Assembly: GCA_045648645.1 (NCBI GenBank)
Contig: JAZROH010000065.1
Coordinates: 1-51,292 of the forward strand
Direction of reading: 5' to 3'
Origin: Clostridia bacterium
Lineage (GTDB): Bacteria > Bacillota > Clostridia > UMGS1883 > UMGS1540
DNA: 51,292 nucleotides
This document shows, piece by piece, positions 1 to 9,419 of the stretch (position 1 is the first letter of the stretch; each line of letters begins with the position of its first letter). The position numbers were made by a program, and so were the translations under genes. A model generated the notes under the pieces. The model had not been told where the DNA came from. It searched no databases and was given only the letters and a program-made list of their open reading frames with translations.

Positions 1-1121
1 AGGGATACGAATACAATCGCCCATCCTAAAATGGCAAGCATGGGGGAGGCGTTTGTATTATTATAGATGAGGGACAAAATGGGGAAGGACAAGAGGGATA
101 TACCTGCCGAGCAGGGAAGGGCAAAAAGCGTTGTGATGCGAATTGCTGATTCGGCGCTTTCCTGTGCCCGCACTTTTCTGCCGCTTATAAAGGAAGAGGC
201 AATCGCGGGGACAAGGCTTATGCTGATAGCGGTAAGAAGCGTCGGCGGCATGTTGAAAATCGGCACGGCATAGCCGGAATACGAACCCCAAAGCCGCACG
301 GCTTCACTTTGGGAAAAGCCGGCATTTATGAGGTTATGTTTAATCATTGCCATGTCGATAATACTGGTGAGACTGAAAACAGAAGCACCGATGGTAATGG
401 GAATGGCAATCGTGATAAGCTTTTTAAAGAGCGTTTTATGGGGACGGGGATTCTCACCTTCTACGCCGAAGGCAAAAATACGTTTTTTACTGCATACAAA
501 GATTACAAAAAGTGTTATGAAACCAAGCAGCGCACCGCCGGTAACACCTGCAACGGCACCTGCGGCACCTATTTCCACGCCACGTGGAAGGAAAAGATAG
601 GCAAGTCCGTATCCTAAAATCAGCTTTCCTAAGGCTTCTGCAACCTCAGATGCTGCCGTTGGCACCATGTTTTGCTGCCCCTGGAAAAAGCCGCGAAAGG
701 CAGACATGACCGATACGAAAAGCATGGCGGGTGCAATGGCACGAATACCGGCTGCCGCTTTCGGGTTACCGATAATATGCGCGAGTGCATCCGCACCGAA
801 GAAGAGAACGGATGTGCCGATAACACCGAGAAACAAAAGGAAAAGAAAACTGACCCGCAGAATGCGGCGTGCTTCCGCTTTCCGTTTGAGTGCCATGCTT
901 TCCGAAACCATTTTAGATACGGCTACGGGAAGCCCGGCAGTGGCAAGGACAAAGAGCCATGTATAAATGGTATAGGCATCGGCAAAATGCCCCATACCCT
1001 CTTCGCCGATTAAATATGTAAGCGGTACCTTAAAGGCAAGCCCGATAAGCTTGACCAAGAGATTTGCCGCCATCAAAACAGCAGCACCGCTTATAAAGGA
1101 CGCGGTTTTCTTTTCCTGCAT
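1..1121 (-). CDS. SpoVB/YtgP(MurJ)-family polysaccharide biosynthesis / lipid II flippase-like membrane protein (3' end outside window)
   Basis: Not in the ORF track because it runs off the window. Manual translation from ATG 1121 (GGAG RBS upstream): MQEKKTASFISGAAVLMAANLLVKLIGLAFKVPLTYLIGEEGMGHFADAYTIYTWLFVLATAGLPVAVSKMVSE, and later GSYSGYAVPIFNMPPTLLTAISISLVPAIA, both typical MOP/SpoVB motifs. Confidence 0.85.
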   Translation of the reverse strand, partial: MQEKKTASFISGAAVLMAANLLVKLIGLAFKVPLTYLIGEEGMGHFADAYTIYTWLFVLATAGLPVAVSKMVSESMALKRKAEARRILRVSFLFLLFLGVIGTSVLFFGADALAHIIGNPKAAAGIRAIAPAMLFVSVMSAFRGFFQGQQNMVPTAASEVAEALGKLILGYGLAYLFLPRGVEIGAAGAVAGVTGGALLGFITLFVIFVCSKKRIFAFGVEGENPRPHKTLFKKLITIAIPITIGASVFSLTSIIDMAMIKHNLINAGFSQSEAVRLWGSYSGYAVPIFNMPPTLLTAISISLVPAIASSFISGRKVRAQESAESAIRITTLFALPCSAGISLLSFPILSLIYNNTNASPMLAILGWAIVFVS

Positions 1122-1140
1122 AATCGTACTCCTTTTGACT

Positions 1141-1878
1141 TTATGAATTTACTATATTCCATATTCTGTGTAAGTATTCCAAAGATTTGGGGGCAAGGTC
1201 TGTATGATGCCGGACAAAGCGCTCGACCATGTCTGAAAGCTCTGCCGCCGCAGCTTCCCCCGAAAAATCCAGCGCCGTTTTCAGCCCTTTTTCGGTATAG
1301 CCCCGAAGAAGGGAAAGCGCCGCAGGGGACAAGGGTCGAAGGGGGGAGCAGGCAGAACAAAGAAGACCGCCCGCTTGCGGGGAAAAAGCGGCAGCATCAG
1401 GGCTGCCGCATTGCATACAGCTTTCCGTGTGCGGCATAAAGCCCGCCGCGCACATAAGACGTATTTCATACAGTACCTTTAAATCGAGAGGGTCTTTTAA
1501 ATCCTGCTCCAGATAATGAAGCGTGTTTAAAAGAAGACGAACGGCTTCCGTAGCGTCTGTACCTTCGCCGAATAAAAGACCTGCAAGCTCGGCGAAGTAT
1601 ACGGCATACGAAAGCTTTTCCACATCTTCTCGAAGATGGTAGAAGCTGCGAAGGGGAGAAGCGCTTGTTAGGGCGTACATTTCTCCGCGGGGCAGAAGAA
1701 TAAACTCGCCGTAGGAAAGGAGCGTGCAACCGCTGTGCATGGGATTTTTCTGGCTTTTGGCACCGCGTGCCCACACGCTGATTTTTCCCATATCGGGCGA
1801 TAAAACAGTAAGGGCAAGGCTACTGTTCTTGCCCGCTGTCGTCCGTATTACAACGCCCGTCGTCTTCACCGGTTCCAT
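1141..1878 (-). CDS. recO: DNA repair protein RecO
   Basis: N-terminal OB fold (TTGVVIRT...GKISVWARGAK), CxxC...CxxC zinc finger (CMQC/CSAC), downstream of era. Confidence 0.95.
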   Translation of the reverse strand: MEPVKTTGVVIRTTAGKNSSLALTVLSPDMGKISVWARGAKSQKNPMHSGCTLLSYGEFILLPRGEMYALTSASPLRSFYHLREDVEKLSYAVYFAELAGLLFGEGTDATEAVRLLLNTLHYLEQDLKDPLDLKVLYEIRLMCAAGFMPHTESCMQCGSPDAAAFSPQAGGLLCSACSPLRPLSPAALSLLRGYTEKGLKTALDFSGEAAAAELSDMVERFVRHHTDLAPKSLEYLHRIWNIVNS

Positions 1879-1960
1879 GCCCGTTCTCCGTTTCCTTGAA
1901 TTTCATATACATTTCGGGACTGCCTGTTTGGCAGAAAAGTTCCCAGTAAGATAAATCCAT
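1820..1960 (-). CDS. yqzL: YqzL-family small protein (46 aa)
   Basis: MDLSYWELFCQTGSPEMYMKFKE matches the W-x-x-F-x-x-TG-x-x-x-x-Y pattern; conserved position between era and recO. Confidence 0.75.
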   Translation of the reverse strand: MDLSYWELFCQTGSPEMYMKFKETENGHGTGEDDGRCNTDDSGQEQ

Positions 1961-2024
1961 GTCTGTCACCGTCGCTTTCGAGTTTAGTGTGTGCAGTTTG
2001 CGACGGATTATGGCAGGGAAAAAC

Positions 2025-2918
2025 TTACTCTTTATCACTAAAGCCGAGATTTTTCAGCATGAAGTTGCTGTTTCTCCAGTCATCCTTGACCTTTACAAAA
2101 AGCTGCAAAAATATTTTTTTACCGAAAAACGCTTCCGCTTCTTCTCTTGCCGCAGTTCCCACGCGTTTCAGCATAGCACCGCCGCGTCCGATAATAATAG
2201 ACTTATGCGAGGCTTTTTCACAGACAATATCGGCAGAGATACGGCAGATTTTCTTTTCGTCCTTCATTTCCACCACTTCCACCGCTGTGCCGTGGGGGAT
2301 TTCCTGATCAAGATAGGAAAGCAGTTTTTCCCGAATAAATTCTGCCATAATTTCCCGCTCTGTCTTATCGGTAATCATATCTTCCGGATAATACATGGGA
2401 CCCGGAATAAGGAACTTTTGCAGTTCCTCCAAAAGAATTTCTGCGCCGTCCCCTGTTTTGGCTGAGATGGGAACGATGGCGGAAAAATTAAATTTTTCAG
2501 AGAAGGCGGCAATCTGGGGAAGAAGTGCTTCACGCCCTATGCGGTCAATCTTATTTAGTCCAAGCACCGCGGGAATATTTTTTGTAGAAAGCTCTTCTAT
2601 AATCCGTTCCTCGGGTGCCCCAAATCCACGTGTGGCATCTGCCATTAAAAGAGCGGCGTCCACAGAAGAAATAGCACCGATGGCGGCATGATTCATAAAA
2701 TCTCCAAGGCGCGTTTTACTGCGGTGTACACCGGGCGTATCCACAAAAACCATTTGATAGTTTTCCCCGTTTAAAATACCGAGAATCTGGTTTCTGGTGG
2801 TCTGAGGCTTTGCTGTGGTAATGGCAATTTTAGCACCCACCAGACGATTTAAAATGGTAGATTTTCCCGCGTTCGGGCGACCGACAATGGCAATAAAGCC
2901 GGATTTGAAATTTTCCAA
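2025..2918 (-). CDS. era: GTPase Era
   Basis: GRPNAGKS, DTPG, NKID and ISA G-motifs plus a KH domain (IIIGRGGAMLK). Start reassigned to TTG 2918 (RBS AGGAAGGA); the longer ORF-track start overlaps rodA. Confidence 0.97.
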   Translation of the reverse strand: MENFKSGFIAIVGRPNAGKSTILNRLVGAKIAITTAKPQTTRNQILGILNGENYQMVFVDTPGVHRSKTRLGDFMNHAAIGAISSVDAALLMADATRGFGAPEERIIEELSTKNIPAVLGLNKIDRIGREALLPQIAAFSEKFNFSAIVPISAKTGDGAEILLEELQKFLIPGPMYYPEDMITDKTEREIMAEFIREKLLSYLDQEIPHGTAVEVVEMKDEKKICRISADIVCEKASHKSIIIGRGGAMLKRVGTAAREEAEAFFGKKIFLQLFVKVKDDWRNSNFMLKNLGFSDKE

Positions 2919-2938
2919 AGCTGTATCCTTCCTATTCT

Positions 2939-4048
2939 TTAAAATTGAATTCTTTTTCGTCGCATATGCACACTTAGGACAAGTGAAAGTGCTAAAAGAC
3001 TTGCGAGCATATTGGAGCCGCCGTAGCTTACAAAGGGCAGCGGTATACCGGTAACAGGGAGAAGTCCAAGGCACATGCCAATGCTTTCAAACACATGCGC
3101 AATCAGCATAAAGCCAACACCTGCGGCGAGAAGCTCGCCGTAGCCATCCCGCGCCTGCGAGGCAATGGTGAAACAGCGGATGATTAAAATAAGAAGTACC
3201 GCAAGCACCAAAACGCAGCCCCACATACCCATTTCCTCGCCGATAACGGCGAAAATAAAGTCGGTTTGTTTTTCGGGGAGATAGCCGTGCTGGGTTTGAA
3301 TTCCTTGTCCGATGCCTCGCCCCAAAACACCGCCGGCGCCAATGGCAATTTTGGACTGAATCACGTGATAGCCGGAGCCGAGCGGGTCCATTTCAGGATT
3401 AAAGAAAGTCAAAATACGGTTTTTCTGAAAATCCTGCAGAATAAAAAACCAGGCAAGGGGCGCGAGAAGTGCAAAGGCACCGCCCGCTGCTGCAAAATAT
3501 TTAAGACTCAGCCCGCCAATATATAAAACACCCAGAAAAATAAAGGCAAAGACAAGTGCAGTTCCAAGGTCGGGCTGCAAAAGAATCAGCCCGATTAAAA
3601 GCCCCGCATGCAGGCACAAAAGAAGGAGAACCGAAGGGCGGTTTATATCCTCCCGCACCGCATCCACATGCTTTGCAAACGAGATGATGAAGCCGATTTT
3701 AGCAATTTCCGACGGCTGAATGCCGACGGGACCTAAGCGAATCCAGCCTTTTGTTCCCACTTCTTCGCCGCCCGTGCCGATAAAGAGAACAACGAGCAGC
3801 ATAAGCGCACTGACGATATAAATATAAATTCCAAGCTGTCCCAGCATGTCATAGTCTACGCGGGTAATCAGAAAAAGCACCAATGCGCCAATACAAAAAG
3901 CCGCGCCCTGTATAATGATATAGCGGGAAGACCCCAGACTTTGTGCAGAGCTTGCAATTGCCACAAGACCAATGATGAATGCAATGGTTGCACAAATTAC
4001 GAGGCACGGGTCAAGCTGCGATAAAAAGCGGTTTTTTCGTTTGGTCAA
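2939..4048 (-). CDS. rodA: SEDS-family peptidoglycan glycosyltransferase RodA
   Basis: About 10 TM segments; motifs WIRLG..IQPSEIAK, LQPDLGT, GYHVIQSKIAIG, LPEKQTDFIF, TGIPLPFVSYGGS. Confidence 0.9.
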   Translation of the reverse strand: MTKRKNRFLSQLDPCLVICATIAFIIGLVAIASSAQSLGSSRYIIIQGAAFCIGALVLFLITRVDYDMLGQLGIYIYIVSALMLLVVLFIGTGGEEVGTKGWIRLGPVGIQPSEIAKIGFIISFAKHVDAVREDINRPSVLLLLCLHAGLLIGLILLQPDLGTALVFAFIFLGVLYIGGLSLKYFAAAGGAFALLAPLAWFFILQDFQKNRILTFFNPEMDPLGSGYHVIQSKIAIGAGGVLGRGIGQGIQTQHGYLPEKQTDFIFAVIGEEMGMWGCVLVLAVLLILIIRCFTIASQARDGYGELLAAGVGFMLIAHVFESIGMCLGLLPVTGIPLPFVSYGGSNMLASLLALSLVLSVHMRRKRIQF

Positions 4049-4060
4049 AGTAACACCACC

Positions 4061-4852
4061 TTATTTTACGAGAGGACAAAGGTCAGCCTCTGTGATTTCC
4101 AGAAGGTCCGCAAGCACGGTAAGGCGTTCGAAACGTTCGGCGTAAGAATCGGGGTCATGGCAATCCGAGCCGAAAACAAATTTGCAGCCGCAATCCTTTG
4201 CCGTTTCGTATACGCGGAACATTTCACTTCTATGCATGGATTTTATCGGATAAGATGAAAATGCAGAAGCATTGATTTCGATTGCAATGTTTTTATACAC
4301 CGCATCGGCAAACAAATCCTCCAAACGGTCATCGGCAATACGGAAGAGAACTTCATCAAAATTATCCGGATTGCCATAGGGGAAGAAGGGGTGCGCGATT
4401 GCTGTAATATATTTGGAAAGCGGATGTTCTACGAGCATGGAAAAACGCTCGCAAAGAACTTCTGCCAGTTTTTTTACATCTTTTCGAATGGAAGCGGGAA
4501 TCACCGCATCATGCTGCGAGTGGGAGTGCACGGCAAGAACGTAATCCAGATTTTTTGCCGCCTCCTCAGAAAGCCCCAAAACGCCGTTTGCGTCCATCTC
4601 GGCTTCACAGCCGCGAAGGATGCGGATGCCATCCGCGTTTGGATAGGCTTCGGATAAAATGTGTGCCATATCCTGCCCTTTATAAAAATCATTAATGGCG
4701 GGGGCTACTGCGGTATCCCATACGTGGTTTGAAAAACCGATGGTTTTAAGCCCTCTTTCCTTTGCAATTTCAATATAAGCCTCGGGAGAAGCACCGGGCT
4801 GTCCGCAACGGGAAAGGGTTGTATGCATGTGTAAATCATGTGTGATGTTCAA
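4061..4852 (-). CDS. PHP-domain metallophosphoesterase (histidinol-phosphatase-like)
   Basis: DLHMHT, GFSNH, GCEAE, IAHP, EINAS and GSDCH metal-binding motifs. Confidence 0.85.
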   Translation of the reverse strand: MNITHDLHMHTTLSRCGQPGASPEAYIEIAKERGLKTIGFSNHVWDTAVAPAINDFYKGQDMAHILSEAYPNADGIRILRGCEAEMDANGVLGLSEEAAKNLDYVLAVHSHSQHDAVIPASIRKDVKKLAEVLCERFSMLVEHPLSKYITAIAHPFFPYGNPDNFDEVLFRIADDRLEDLFADAVYKNIAIEINASAFSSYPIKSMHRSEMFRVYETAKDCGCKFVFGSDCHDPDSYAERFERLTVLADLLEITEADLCPLVK

Positions 4853-4864
4853 AATGTAATCCTC

Positions 4865-6307
4865 CTATTCACAGATAAATACGGCGTATCCTTTTGTACC
4901 CTTGGCAAAAATGGTATCTCCTTTTACTTCGTAAGATACATCATCGCTTTTCTCGTAGAGCGTAACAGCGCCGGATACAGGGACAGAAAGCGTATTTTCA
5001 CTGATAAAGTCCATATAAATGTAAGTTTTTCCCGCAAATGTAATGGTATAGAAAGAGGCACGGTCCGTGTTTTGTGGGAAATATTTTTTGTAAGCAATGC
5101 CGCGCACCTTATCAAGGTCACCATTCATAAAGGTGGGGTAAACCTTTCGGGTGCTGTTTAAAAGGCCGGCGTGGGTTAAATGCTGCAAACGTTTTTCGGG
5201 AATCCCGTCGTAAAGGGGCAGATAGCCACAGGCAAAGCCAAGACGGTCATGCCCTTCAGTATCCCGGAAATAATCGACAATACGGTCGGGCGGGGAATCG
5301 GGAACAGACCAGAATTCGGACGTAATATAAGGCTTGCCCTCTGTATAAACGCCCTTTTCCAGCGAGATGGGGTCTGTAAAGTCAAAGGTGCCGTCCGTGC
5401 AAACTATGGGCAGTGTTTTCGGTATGCGTCTGTGGATACTACCGCCGTACACATCCAGTTTTTCCTGATACATAGCACCGAGCCAGCAATCAAAATGAAT
5501 GTCCATGGTCTTTTCGTGATTGAAATCGCAAAGCACCGTGCCATCAGGCAGAATGTGATACTGCATGCGGTGAATCAGCATGGTTTGCCCGTATTCACCA
5601 AGGTCGGGCTGGGACAAAAATCCACCTTGGGGGCGGGCGGCGGTCAATGCCGGTGCCACCGTGGCAGGATTTCGAATTTCATATTCTTCTTCGATGCGCA
5701 CGGAATCGCAGTGCGCACTGCTGAAAAGAATCCGTTCTTCGCCGCCGGAGATGACAATGACGCGTTTTTTAGTAAATTTGTATGCACGTGTGAGATAAAC
5801 TGTTTTCTGCTCATCGGTAGCCGGGATGGGCGCGGTGTGTGCACCGTGGGAAACATAAGTAAGTTTACCCGTAATTTGCATAACAAATTTATAATCTTCC
5901 AAAGTTCCGATATTTTCGGAAACAAACAGCAAATGGTCTTCCGTTTCGATACGAAGAAGCGTGAAGGTAACGCCCGCATCGTCCTTCCATACAGAACCCA
6001 CATCTGCAACCGTTTTATCATGGCGCGGCACACGCAGAACAACGCAGCAGGGATAGCCGTGCCCTGCGCCGTGCCAGATATTGTTTATAATACAGGGCAC
6101 AGCTTCATCGTTAGAAATGGCAAAGGGGACGTCAATATGAAAACAGTCCCACTTATCTTTTCGAATAAGACCGGCTTCCATGAAGTCCACGGGGTCGTTG
6201 AATGTGCCGTTCGTTATAGCCATTCCGCGAAACTTCTGCACAAGGTCGTGCGTTTCGGAATAGGGTGTTTGTACCAAAAGCTGGTATTTGGACATACAAG
6301 CAAACAT
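4865..6307 (-). CDS. Hypothetical protein, 480 aa
   Basis: Long ORF with RBS (AAGGGAG), packed 12-13 nt from both neighbours; no family recognised. Confidence 0.75.
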   Translation of the reverse strand: MFACMSKYQLLVQTPYSETHDLVQKFRGMAITNGTFNDPVDFMEAGLIRKDKWDCFHIDVPFAISNDEAVPCIINNIWHGAGHGYPCCVVLRVPRHDKTVADVGSVWKDDAGVTFTLLRIETEDHLLFVSENIGTLEDYKFVMQITGKLTYVSHGAHTAPIPATDEQKTVYLTRAYKFTKKRVIVISGGEERILFSSAHCDSVRIEEEYEIRNPATVAPALTAARPQGGFLSQPDLGEYGQTMLIHRMQYHILPDGTVLCDFNHEKTMDIHFDCWLGAMYQEKLDVYGGSIHRRIPKTLPIVCTDGTFDFTDPISLEKGVYTEGKPYITSEFWSVPDSPPDRIVDYFRDTEGHDRLGFACGYLPLYDGIPEKRLQHLTHAGLLNSTRKVYPTFMNGDLDKVRGIAYKKYFPQNTDRASFYTITFAGKTYIYMDFISENTLSVPVSGAVTLYEKSDDVSYEVKGDTIFAKGTKGYAVFICE

Positions 6308-6320
6308 AGCGAAACTCCCT

Positions 6321-6875
6321 TCATATAACGAGTGTCAAAAGCTTAGCGGGCGTGTCACCGATGGCAATCATGCCATGGGGATAGGAGGAATCATAGTAAA
6401 CCGAGTCGCCGGCTTCTAATATTTCTTCTTTGCCACCGATGGTAATTAAAATTTTTCCTTCCAGAACATAGTCAAATTCCTGTCCTTTATGAATGTTGGT
6501 ATGCGGTTTTTCGTCGCCTTTTTGCGGGTCAACCGTTACAAGGAGGGGCAGCACCTTATTGCCGGCAAAGTTATAGGCAAGATGCTGGTAGTCATATTGC
6601 TTACTGCGTTCGATATTCAGCCCTCTGCCGCCGCGTACAACCTGATACACGCGCAGCTTTGCATTATTGCCGGACAAAAGCTCATATACCTGAATGCCGA
6701 AATGATTTGCCGCATCCGATAAAAAGCTTATCGGCATATCGGAGGAGCCGCCTTCATATTCTAAATATGTTTCGTGAGAAACCTTGAAAAGCTCTGCCAT
6801 TTCCTGGGTGGAGCGTCCTTCAATTTCTCTTAGTTCCCGTATGCGCAGTGCTACTTTTTTAATATCTTCATTCAT
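6321..6875 (-). CDS. XRE-family HTH / cupin transcriptional regulator
   Basis: N-terminal HTH (RIRELRE...STQEMAE...YEGG) and C-terminal cupin (HKGQEFDYVLEG...GDSVYYDSSYPHGM). Confidence 0.92.
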   Translation of the reverse strand: MNEDIKKVALRIRELREIEGRSTQEMAELFKVSHETYLEYEGGSSDMPISFLSDAANHFGIQVYELLSGNNAKLRVYQVVRGGRGLNIERSKQYDYQHLAYNFAGNKVLPLLVTVDPQKGDEKPHTNIHKGQEFDYVLEGKILITIGGKEEILEAGDSVYYDSSYPHGMIAIGDTPAKLLTLVI

Positions 6876-6906
6876 AAGAAAACCCCCAATACAGTTTTAT
6901 TCTATT

Positions 6907-6935
6907 AGTATATCACACCCGTCTGTAAATTGCAA
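6907..6935 (-). promoter_or_regulatory. Putative sigma-A promoter for the XRE-cupin gene cluster
   Basis: Minus strand TTGCAA-N17-TATACT with extended -10 TG. Confidence 0.6.
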
Positions 6936-7057
6936 TTCCTCAAAGTGTAAAAATGGAAAAAAATTTACAAAAAATGAAATTTTAAGAAAAACAAAGAAAA
7001 TGAAAGAAAACAGAAGAAAATAGTTGATTTTATATAAAAAACAAAGGGAAATGCATG

Positions 7058-7085
7058 TTGAATAACTGCAAAAATGTGGTAAACT
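7058..7085 (+). promoter_or_regulatory. Putative sigma-A promoter of groESL
   Basis: TTGAAT-N16-TAAACT with a TG extension; A-tract-rich upstream region; directly before CIRCE. Confidence 0.6.
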
Positions 7086-7093
7086 AATCACTG

Positions 7094-7120
7094 TTAGCAC
7101 TCGGGACGAGAGAGTGCTAA
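7094..7120 (+). promoter_or_regulatory. CIRCE element (HrcA operator)
   Basis: Perfect TTAGCACTC-N9-GAGTGCTAA upstream of groES. Confidence 0.98.
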
Positions 7121-9093
<1,973 letters not shown>

Positions 9094-9110
9094 GATTTAT
9101 AGACTATCTA

Positions 9111-9137
9111 AAACCCCCGCAAAATTTTGCGGGGGTT
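9111..9137. repeat. Palindromic terminator-like sequence, copy 1 of a 27-bp direct repeat
   Basis: AAACCCCCGCAAAATTTTGCGGGGGTT; differs at one position from 9380-9406. Confidence 0.9.
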
Positions 9138-9379
9138 CCGCGTGTCGATAAAGGCGACACGCGGACAAAGACATCGAAAAACGAAGGTATATTTTGCGAA
9201 ATCGTTTTCGTCGGCGTACGATGGTACGGCAGAGAACGATTTCGCAAAAAGCAAGAAATGACGGGGATTCTCGATGGATCTCCGTCATTAAAGTTTTATG
9301 TTTTTTTTGTGAATGTAATATGGATAAGCATAATATTTATGAAGTTATTCTTGCGGTAGAGCAAGTTTTTCGACAGTCT
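9138..9379. mobile_element. Putative non-autonomous MITE-like element (IS1182-like ends)
   Basis: 242 bp between the two 27-bp direct repeats. Ends form an imperfect inverted repeat: CGCGTGTCGATAAAG versus the reverse complement of the right end, AGACTGTCGAAAAAC. Three internal hairpins; no credible ORF. Confidence 0.55.
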
Positions 9380-9408
9380 AAACCCCCGCAAATTTTTGCG
9401 GGGGTTTT
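9380..9408. terminator. Intrinsic, probably bidirectional terminator between groEL and the DUF1887 gene (copy 2 of the direct repeat)
   Basis: AAACCCCCGCAAA-TT-TTTGCGGGGGTTTT located between convergent genes. Confidence 0.8.
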
Positions 9409-9419
9409 CATATGGAGAT

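Noticed and set aside
2919-3074. N-terminal extension of Era overlapping rodA
   Set aside because: Era homology begins at TTG 2918, which has an RBS.
5180-6328. 382-aa ORF on + antisense to the 480-aa hypothetical gene
   Set aside because: No RBS or recognisable motifs, whereas the minus-strand gene fits the operon spacing exactly; treated as a shadow ORF.
6940-7050. A-rich low-complexity stretch and short ORFs upstream of groES
   Set aside because: Consistent with UP-element or bent DNA between divergent promoters; the ORFs are compositional artefacts.
9111-9406. Possible CRISPR repeats next to the Card1-like gene
   Set aside because: Only two copies 242 bp apart, and they are terminator-type palindromes; better explained as a target duplication.
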